Of a stretch of 46,407 nucleotides of DNA, positions 6,075-13,342 are shown piece by piece. Every line of letters begins with the position of its first letter. The first letter of the stretch is position 1. A program made the translations under genes and the position numbers. The notes under the pieces are model-generated. The model was not told the DNA's origin, made no database searches, and saw only the letters and a list, made by a program, of their open reading frames with translations. The DNA comes from Candidatus Faecisoma merdavium (GTDB lineage: Bacteria > Bacillota_I > Bacilli_A > RF39 > UBA660): positions 1 through 46,407 of the forward strand of contig DVJX01000042.1 of the NCBI GenBank assembly GCA_018716405.1. The letters are read 5' to 3'.

Positions 6075-7253
6075 ATGAAAATAGAAAATTATAAAAAAAC
6101 AAAAGAAGAATTAAGAAATCAAAAGGTAGAAAATAATAACAAAATAATATTAAGTGATGAAAGATGTAAGCTGCTAAAAGAAACTTCTTTTGAAAATAAA
6201 GCATTAACAACTTTGACCTTCGCTATGCTTGGATATTTACCATTATTTATGATATCGTCAAATTTAATTAACAATTTTGGTGTTTCTATATTTACAAATA
6301 TTATTCCTGCATATAGTTTTCCTGCATTTATGTTAGGAAGCTCAATAGGAATAGGAGCATTAGGTAGAGCTTTATTATATAAAATACGTAAAATAAAAGA
6401 AAAATTTAGATCTTTTTCAAAGTCAAAAAAAGAGTCAGAAAGATTAAAAGAAGAAATAAATTATAAAATAGAGATAGAAAAAGCAAAAAACAGAAATTTG
6501 GCAATAGATGAAACCATAAAAAATTTAGATATTGGTGAAATATTATCAGAAAAAATATCAGATAAATATAATGTAAGTGGAAATAATTCTATTATAAATT
6601 ATATAATATTAGAAAAAAAAGAATTATCTAAATTTATCAAAGGACAATATGACAAATTGGATCTAATTTCAACTAAAAAAGTATTATACGATTATTTTGG
6701 AACAGTAATATTAAGCTCAAAGTGGGAAAAGTTTGTTGAAGCAATGAAAATTTGTTTTATAAGTGGAGTATTTACATTGTTTTCTTCGGCACTTTCTATA
6801 AGTTTAGTAAAAGATGCTCTTACATATAGTTCACCATATGCACCTTTAGCAATTGCAATAACTCCTCTTCTTGTTGGTATGGCTGGTGCCGGAGCATATA
6901 AAGCAAAAATAAATAAAGAGCAAAAAAAGGTATTTGATAGTTTTAATATTAAATTAGGTGAAAACACTTCAGAAGAATTTGATAAATTATTAGGTATGCA
7001 AATAAATAATATTAGTTTGGGAATGGTTGAACTAGAAAAAATAAATCAAATTTTACATTTATTAGAAGAAAAAAAATCTGAAGATGAAAGAGATTTATCT
7101 ATTACAAATAGTTTAAATTGTAAGAATGTTGAAACACCACTTCCAGATATTGCTGATAATATAAGTCCAGATGTATATGTTCCTAACCAAGAAGAACAAG
7201 CACCAAAATTAGTTAAAAAAAGAAAAATAAATAATCCAAACAATAATAATTAG
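6075..7253 (+). CDS. Hypothetical multi-pass membrane protein with central coiled-coil-like, Lys/Glu-rich segment
   Basis: 392-aa ORF with good SD and promoter. Two pairs of hydrophobic helices (about residues 45-105 and 215-275) flank charged regions. No recognised family. Confidence 0.55.
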   Translation: MKIENYKKTKEELRNQKVENNNKIILSDERCKLLKETSFENKALTTLTFAMLGYLPLFMISSNLINNFGVSIFTNIIPAYSFPAFMLGSSIGIGALGRALLYKIRKIKEKFRSFSKSKKESERLKEEINYKIEIEKAKNRNLAIDETIKNLDIGEILSEKISDKYNVSGNNSIINYIILEKKELSKFIKGQYDKLDLISTKKVLYDYFGTVILSSKWEKFVEAMKICFISGVFTLFSSALSISLVKDALTYSSPYAPLAIAITPLLVGMAGAGAYKAKINKEQKKVFDSFNIKLGENTSEEFDKLLGMQINNISLGMVELEKINQILHLLEEKKSEDERDLSITNSLNCKNVETPLPDIADNISPDVYVPNQEEQAPKLVKKRKINNPNNNN

Positions 7254-7336
7254 TAGTAAATTTAATTTAAAATTTATATTATTTTATCGATTTATAATTT
7301 TAGATGAAAAAATTGAAAGAATTTAATCAATCATTG

Positions 7337-7368
7337 CAAAAAACTTACATCGACTTGTAAGTTTTTTG
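7337..7368. terminator. Bidirectional rho-independent terminator
   Basis: A run, then ACTTACA-TCGACT-TGTAAGT, then a T run. It sits between the convergent 6075-7253 (+) and 7523-8847 (-) units. Confidence 0.65.
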
Positions 7369-7522
7369 TTTTATTCAATATAATATTTTTAATAATTATT
7401 CTGTTTTTTAGAATATCAAATGAATCAATATTAATAGCAATATCATAATGATTTAAATCATGCAATCACTATTGGTATAGAATTTATAATGTTTATAGCG
7501 TTCTTTATTAATTCATATATTG

Positions 7523-7771
7523 TTACAGCTGTTTTTTTGTTGATTCATCATCTTTTTCTAATGATTGCTCAATAAGCTCATTAGAAATATGTTGGTTTAC
7601 TACATTTTTAAAATCTTTTATATATTCTTGTAATTTAATTAATACTTCTATATGTGGTAATTTTTTATGTTTTTCCATTACTGGATTATACATTACATAT
7701 TTAGTAAAATCTATCCATTCGTCTTTGCATTCTTCAAAAGATTTACCATTATTTAATTCGCTTTTGATTTT
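7523..7771 (-). other. Open frame continuing the HExxH gene after a 1-nt shift at an A6 tract (frameshifted 3' part or separate small ORF)
   Basis: 82 sense codons (KIKSELNNGKSFEECKDEWIDFTKYVMYNPVMEKHKKLPHIEVLIKLQEYIKDFKNVVNQHISNELIEQSLEKDDESTKKQL) open from 7771 to TAA 7523-7525. One extra A in GATAAAAAATCA (7763-7774 region) would fuse it to 7753-8847. The internal ATGs have no SD. Confidence 0.4.
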
Positions 7772-8847
7772 TTATCTAGACATAATGATAAAGCTAAATT
7801 TAATTTTAAATGACATTGCTCGTTATATTCTTTGTATGCAACTGATTCTTTAATTTCTGAAATTATCATATTTAATATTGACCACGCATCTTTAATTTTA
7901 ATATTATGGTAATGTTTATTAAGATGATCTTTAAATATTTTGTAAAATATTTCACCATATTCTTGATTAAAATAATCAACTAATACATCTCTATTAAAAT
8001 ACATTCCTTTAAAAGTTAATTTTTTCCCAAATAGTATTTTCAATAAAAATCCATAATTTGTAATTGCATAATTACTGCTTTCATTATTCATAACAAGAAA
8101 TCTGTTGCCAGAAGGCGTATTGTAATATCTATTTTGATTTGATCCAGACATAATCAATGATTCTGATTCATTAAATATTTCATTTAAATTATCTTCATTA
8201 AAATAATTCTTGTCATTTGGCGTAAGCCAAAATGTTCCTTTATAAATTTTATATATGTCTGAGGATTTTTTCAAACCAGATTGAAGACTATTAATTCTAT
8301 TAAAATCAATTTTTCTGCCATCATACATTTCGTTTAAATTTGTTGTGAAACCGTTTGCTTTTAATCTATTATATAATTCCTTTTGCCTTTGTATATAAAC
8401 AAAATCTATTCCAATATCATAACTTGTTTGTAAGGCATGCTCAAATTCATGCATTACTACTTTAATTCCAGCCATATAATTTTCTTTTTCTGTAAAATTT
8501 GTGTTATTAGTATTTAATAAATTAGAAATTTTATTTCTATTTAGAGTAATAGATCTAAATGAATCAGCCCAACAAGCTCTACCGCCTTGATTTTTAATCT
8601 CTAAATATACTACATTATATAATAATCTGTTTATAAAAAAATCTTCAACACTATATTTACAATCTGGAGATTTAAATAAATATTCTTGCTCATCATATAT
8701 TTCAGTAATTCCAATTGATTCATAGTATGTAATAATTCTTTCCATAAGGGTATTTAAAATTTCTTTATAGCGAACACTATAATTATTATTTTCATTTAAA
8801 TAATCAAAAAAAATATCTACTATTTTATTAACTTTTAATTTATCCAT
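7753..8847 (-). CDS. Hypothetical protein with HExxH zinc-metallopeptidase motif
   Basis: 364 aa with VVMHEFEHALQ in mid-protein and no signal peptide. SD AGGAGGA at 8860-8866 (reverse complement). Family not recognised. Confidence 0.55.
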   Translation of the reverse strand: MDKLKVNKIVDIFFDYLNENNNYSVRYKEILNTLMERIITYYESIGITEIYDEQEYLFKSPDCKYSVEDFFINRLLYNVVYLEIKNQGGRACWADSFRSITLNRNKISNLLNTNNTNFTEKENYMAGIKVVMHEFEHALQTSYDIGIDFVYIQRQKELYNRLKANGFTTNLNEMYDGRKIDFNRINSLQSGLKKSSDIYKIYKGTFWLTPNDKNYFNEDNLNEIFNESESLIMSGSNQNRYYNTPSGNRFLVMNNESSNYAITNYGFLLKILFGKKLTFKGMYFNRDVLVDYFNQEYGEIFYKIFKDHLNKHYHNIKIKDAWSILNMIISEIKESVAYKEYNEQCHLKLNLALSLCLDKKSKAN

Positions 8848-8941
8848 AATATAATAATCCTCCTATAATCAAAATATACTTAAACTTTTGTAAAATGCAA
8901 ATAATAAATGATATATAAATATTTATTTTTTTTATATAATA

Positions 8942-9139
8942 TCAACTATCAAATATAGCTGTTTGTTTTTTTTTAAAATTAGGGCATTTTTTTAAATTGT
9001 TTAAAATTTCTGTTGGTTTTCCTTGTTTATATTTAAAACATTCATTAATTTTTTGATTGTTATAAAATTTACATAATTCACACAACGAAAAACAAATTTT
9101 TAAATCTCCGTTTTTATAAATGAATTTGTCATTTTTCAT
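8942..9139 (-). CDS. Small Cys-rich protein (5 Cys, possible metal-binding)
   Basis: 65 aa, CFSLCELC...C...C pattern. SD AAGGAGG at 9147-9153 (reverse complement). Same strand as, and upstream of, the HExxH gene. Confidence 0.5.
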   Translation of the reverse strand: MKNDKFIYKNGDLKICFSLCELCKFYNNQKINECFKYKQGKPTEILNNLKKCPNFKKKQTAIFDS

Positions 9140-9250
9140 AGCAAGCCTCCTTTTTATTATAATCTAATTATAGCATAAAAGTTTAATTTTAGATATCATT
9201 TGATATATAAATTTACATATTACGAAATTAAATATTATTAGATAATAATT

Positions 9251-9283
9251 AAACAAAAAATTAGAGAAAAATAAATTTTCTCT
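9251..9283 (-). terminator. Orphan terminator-like hairpin with no upstream gene on its strand
   Basis: The minus strand reads AGAGAAAA-TTTAT-TTTTCTCT followed by AATTTTTTG. No ORF lies between it and rnhB. Confidence 0.3.
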
Positions 9284-9478
9284 ATATTAATGTAAGTTTT
9301 TTTTAATAAATAATTCAATTGTTTTTTAAAGTGCTAAATTAATTAATATTGAAACAGCTTAAATTATATCAATCAATATTAATATAAGATTTATAATGCT
9401 TAAATATACAAATCAGCAAATTTTAAAAAAATTTAAAATTTTACATATAAAAATGATATAATAAAAAAGGTGATAAAA

Positions 9479-10096
9479 ATGGATTTATATGAATATGAAA
9501 ATGAATTATATGATAAAGGTATCAAATATATTGGAGGTGTAGATGAAGTTGGACGTGGCCCTTTAATAGGTCCAGTTGTTGCTAGTTGTGTTGTATTACC
9601 AAAAGATTTTGTATTAGAAGGTTTAACAGATTCAAAAAAACTATCCGAGAAAAAAAGGAATTTATTTTATGATTATATAATTAATAACTCTTTAGCATAT
9701 GCAGTAGGTATTGTATCACCAGAAGAGATAGATGAAATAAATATTTATGAAGCAAGTAGAAAAGCAATGATTATAGCTATAAATAAAGTAAGAGAACAAA
9801 TTAATTTAGAGCATGTTTTAATCGATGCTATGCCAATTAATTTAGATATTCCAACTACTAGTATTATTAAGGGGGACGCTAAAAGTATTTCTATTGCAGC
9901 AGCCAGTGTAATTGCTAAAGTAACTCGTGATAGTATGATGTATGAATTAGATGAAAAATATCCTATGTATGGTTTTGCTTCTCATAAAGGATATCCTACT
10001 AAAAAACATATTGAAGCAATTCATAAATATGGATTAATTGATGGATATAGAAAATCTTATGGTCCAGTAAAGGAGGTATTAGATGCTAATAATTAG
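9479..10096 (+). CDS. rnhB: Ribonuclease HII
   Basis: GVDEVGRGPLIGPVVASCVVL, IDAMP, GDAKSISIAAASVIAKVTRD and HKGYPTKKH motifs. ATG 9479 follows SD AAAAGGTG; the ORF track starts at GTG 9470. Confidence 0.9.
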   Translation: MDLYEYENELYDKGIKYIGGVDEVGRGPLIGPVVASCVVLPKDFVLEGLTDSKKLSEKKRNLFYDYIINNSLAYAVGIVSPEEIDEINIYEASRKAMIIAINKVREQINLEHVLIDAMPINLDIPTTSIIKGDAKSISIAAASVIAKVTRDSMMYELDEKYPMYGFASHKGYPTKKHIEAIHKYGLIDGYRKSYGPVKEVLDANN

Positions 10097-10970
10097 TCAT
10101 AAAGCTGACCCAGATGGTGTTGTACCAATTATATTATCTAAATTAGTATTTAAAGATTTTAAATATATTTTAGCTGATATAGATGAAGTTGATAAATCTG
10201 TAATGGATAATATTGATGAAGAAATTATTATAATTGATTTAAATATTAGTGAGGAAACTGCTGATTATATTTTAAATAATAATAAAAAAGTTTTAGTATT
10301 TGATCATCATTTAAGTAATATTCATATGAATAAATATCCATTTATTAAAGTAATTGATATTGATGGTATTAAACAATCTGGTACTACTTTGTATTATAAG
10401 TTTTTATTAGAAAAGTATAATAATGATTTATTAAATAAAGATGTAACTAAAAAATTAGTTGAACATGTAAGAACAATGGATACTTATGATTTTAGTATTA
10501 CAAGTAAAGAAGAAGCTAATAATATTGTAGTATTATTTAAAATATATGGTAGAGAATTATTTATAGACAAATTCTATAATGTAATAATTAATAGTAATGA
10601 ATTATATTGTAGGGAAGATTTAAATTTAATTGAACTAGAAAATTTAAGAATAAAAAGATATATAGAAGAAAAAGAAATAATTGAAATATCTTTAGATAAT
10701 AAAAAAGTAGGAGTAGTATTTGCTGAACGAAATATGAGTGAATTAGGCAATTACTTAGTTAATAAATATGATTATTTAGATTATGTTATATTAATTAATG
10801 TTGATAAAAGTATTAGTTATCGTGGTAACAACAAAGTTGATTTAAGTGTAATAGCTAAAAAATATAATGGTGGTGGCCATTTCAATGCTTCAGGTAGTCC
10901 TATACCAATTGATTTGAAAGAAAAAATAATTAAAGAAATATTTAAAGATGCAATTATTAATATAGAATAA
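10083..10970 (+). CDS. DHH/DHHA1-family phosphoesterase (NrnA-like)
   Basis: HKADPDGV, VFDHH and GGGHFNASG motifs. SD AGGAGG at 10071-10076. Overlaps the rnhB stop. Confidence 0.8.
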   Translation: MLIISHKADPDGVVPIILSKLVFKDFKYILADIDEVDKSVMDNIDEEIIIIDLNISEETADYILNNNKKVLVFDHHLSNIHMNKYPFIKVIDIDGIKQSGTTLYYKFLLEKYNNDLLNKDVTKKLVEHVRTMDTYDFSITSKEEANNIVVLFKIYGRELFIDKFYNVIINSNELYCREDLNLIELENLRIKRYIEEKEIIEISLDNKKVGVVFAERNMSELGNYLVNKYDYLDYVILINVDKSISYRGNNKVDLSVIAKKYNGGGHFNASGSPIPIDLKEKIIKEIFKDAIINIE

Positions 10971-10972
10971 CA

Positions 10973-11027
10973 AAGTTATTTCGTAAAAGAGAAATAACTT
11001 GACAAAAATTATTTAAAAGTATACAAT
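10973..11027 (+). promoter_or_regulatory. Perfect 10-bp hairpin overlapping a consensus promoter for the ATPase gene
   Basis: AAGTTATTTC (10973-10982) / GAAATAACTT (10991-11000). TTGACA (10999-11004), 17 nt, TACAAT (11022-11027). Confidence 0.4.
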
Positions 11028-11043
11028 GAAAATGGTGATTAAT

Positions 11044-12237
11044 ATGTTGAAAAGGGAAAATTATTTATCAAGAATAAGAGGTTTTTATGATAGTGATTTA
11101 ATAAAAATTTTAGTTGGCATAAGAAGATGTGGTAAATCAGTAATTTTAAATCAAATAATTGACGAAATAAAAGAAAAAAATGTTTCTGATGATCATATTA
11201 TTTGGATTAATTTTGAATATATTGAATATGAACATTTAAAGGATTATAAAGAATTAAATAGATATATAAAGGAAAAAATAATTGATAAAGATAAATATTA
11301 TCTTTTCTTAGATGAAATTCAAAAAGTTGATAAATTTGAAGAAGTAATAAATTCAATTAGAGCATCAGTTAAAAATGTTAGTATATTTATAACTGGTTCA
11401 AATAGTAAATTATTATCTCAAGAATTATCTACAGTATTATCGGGAAGATATGTTTTATTTAATATATACCCATTGTCTTATAAAGAATTTATACAATTAA
11501 CTAATAAAAATTCTAATAGTGAAGAATCATTTTGGAATTTTGTAAAATGGGGTGGACTTCCTAATAGATGTGAATTTAATTCTGAAATAAATATAAAAGA
11601 TTATTTACATAGTGTATTTGATTCAATCATATTAAGAGATGTTGTCGATAGATTGGGTTTAAAAGATACAATTTTATTTGATTTATTATTGCAATATGTT
11701 GTTGATACAACTGGAAGAGAATTTTCAGCAGAAAATGTTATAAAATTCTTAAAACAGGAAGGAAAATCAGTTTCAACTGAAACTTTATATATTTATTTAG
11801 ATGCTCTTTGCAAAGCTCTGATAATAAAAAAAATTTATCGTTATGATATTCACGGAAAAACTATTCTTAAAACTTTAAATAAATATTATATGACTGATTT
11901 AGGCATTGCTCAAATAAAAAATAATAATTTTGAAATAAATAAAGGCTTTGCTCTTGAAAATGTTATTTATAATGAATTATTAATAAGAGGATATGATGTA
12001 TATATTGGAAAAACTAAAGATGGTGAAGTAGATTTTATTGCAGCAAAAGAAGGTAAAAAAGAATATTACCAAGTTTGTTATATGTTAAATAGCAATACAG
12101 TTATTAATAGAGAATTTAGTGCATTTGATAGTATTGATGATAATTATCCAAAATATGTTTTATCACTTGATAAAGAAGATTTTTCAAAAAATGGAATTAT
12201 TCATAAAAATATTATAGATTGGTTGTTAGAAAAATAA
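11044..12237 (+). CDS. AAA-type ATP-binding protein (AAA_14 plus DUF4143 architecture)
   Basis: Walker A GIRRCGKS, Walker B LFLDEIQ. The overall pattern matches the widespread DUF4143 ATPases. ATG 11044 (MLKRENYL) is chosen because the track start at 11026 lies inside the -10 box. Confidence 0.75.
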   Translation: MLKRENYLSRIRGFYDSDLIKILVGIRRCGKSVILNQIIDEIKEKNVSDDHIIWINFEYIEYEHLKDYKELNRYIKEKIIDKDKYYLFLDEIQKVDKFEEVINSIRASVKNVSIFITGSNSKLLSQELSTVLSGRYVLFNIYPLSYKEFIQLTNKNSNSEESFWNFVKWGGLPNRCEFNSEINIKDYLHSVFDSIILRDVVDRLGLKDTILFDLLLQYVVDTTGREFSAENVIKFLKQEGKSVSTETLYIYLDALCKALIIKKIYRYDIHGKTILKTLNKYYMTDLGIAQIKNNNFEINKGFALENVIYNELLIRGYDVYIGKTKDGEVDFIAAKEGKKEYYQVCYMLNSNTVINREFSAFDSIDDNYPKYVLSLDKEDFSKNGIIHKNIIDWLLEK

Positions 12238-12695
12238 TGTTTGAAATAAAAAAAGTAATTAATGATCAAATGGCTAAGGATTGTGATAATCTATTAACTA
12301 AATTAGTTTAATATGAAAGAAAATTTGATAATAATATAAAAGAAGATTTTGTTGTTTCAAATAATTATGTTAATATATATAAAAAAGAAAATAATATTTT
12401 ATTTATAGTTTACGATAATGATAAACCGGTGGGATTTATTTATGGTTATATAAAATCTGCTACAAGTAATTTATTTTATAAAACGGTAGCTCAAATAGAT
12501 GCTTTATATGTACTAGATAGTTATCGTAAAAAAGGAATCGCTACATCTTTAATAAACAAGTTTTATGAATGGTGTAAAGATAGTAATGTTAAAATAGTTG
12601 AAATATCAGTATTTAAAGATAATATTGGTGCTTATAATTTATATAAGAGACTAGGTAATGATATTGAAATGTATAAAATGAAAAAGGAGTTATAA
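12237..12695 (+). pseudogene. GNAT-family N-acetyltransferase interrupted by an in-frame TAA at codon 25
   Basis: ATG 12237 overlaps the upstream stop (TAATG). Translation reads MFEIKKVINDQMAKDCDNLLTKLV*YERKFDNNIKEDFVVSNNYVNIYKKENNILFIVYDNDKPVGFIYGY..., in frame with track ORF 12429-12695. The acetyl-CoA motif YRKKGIATSL is present. TAA at 12309-12311. Confidence 0.7.
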
Positions 12696-13226
12696 ATGAA
12701 AATAAAAACAGTTAAAGTTGGATATTTAGAAACAAATTGTTATATTGCAAGTATTGATAATGATTGTTTAATAATTGATCCAGGTGATGAAGTAGATAAA
12801 ATTATAAATGAAATTGGTAATTTAAAACCAATTGGAATTATTATTACACATTATCATTTTGATCATATTGGGGCTTTAAAGGAATTAGTTAATAAATATA
12901 ATATAAAAGTATATGACTATAAATTAGAAGAAAAAGAATATACTATAAATAATTTTAAATTTAAAATAATTCATACTAAGGGTCATGATGATACATGTAT
13001 TACTATATATTTTGAAAAAGATAAATTAATGTTTGTTGGAGATTTTATATTTAAAGATTCTATAGGTAGAATTGATTTAGAAAATAGTAATAAATTAGAT
13101 ATGTTTGAATCAATAAATAAAATAAAAAAATATCCTAATGATATAATATTATATCCAGGTCATGGTGAAATAACCAATTTAGGATATGAAAAAGAAAATA
13201 ATATTTATTTTAAAAATGCACAATGA
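12696..13226 (+). CDS. MBL-fold metallo-hydrolase
   Basis: THYHFDHIG (HxHxDH), HTKGHDD, GDFIF and PGHG motifs. Confidence 0.8.
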   Translation: MKIKTVKVGYLETNCYIASIDNDCLIIDPGDEVDKIINEIGNLKPIGIIITHYHFDHIGALKELVNKYNIKVYDYKLEEKEYTINNFKFKIIHTKGHDDTCITIYFEKDKLMFVGDFIFKDSIGRIDLENSNKLDMFESINKIKKYPNDIILYPGHGEITNLGYEKENNIYFKNAQ

Positions 13227-13256
13227 TTGTGCAAAATAGGGTAAACAAAAAGCAAA

Positions 13257-13290
13257 AATGCGCAGTATTTTAAAAATATTGTGCATTTTT
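13257..13290 (+). terminator. Rho-independent terminator
   Basis: AATGCGCAGTAT / ATATTGTGCATT form a 12-bp stem with two G-U pairs, followed by TTTTT. Confidence 0.7.
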
Positions 13291-13342
13291 CAATTGTTTT
13301 GATTTTTTAAACTATTTAATATATAATAATTTTGGTGATATT

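Noticed and set aside
7304-7360. 18-codon ORF MKKLKEFNQSLQKTYIDL ending inside the bidirectional terminator.
   Set aside because: No SD, and the stop and last codons form the terminator stem. It is most likely a chance ORF or a remnant.
12429-12695. Track ORF as a stand-alone 88-aa protein starting at GTG 12429.
   Set aside because: The frame is continuous with an ATG-initiated N-terminal GNAT segment upstream, apart from one TAA. There is no SD before 12429, and the product would lack half of the GNAT fold.
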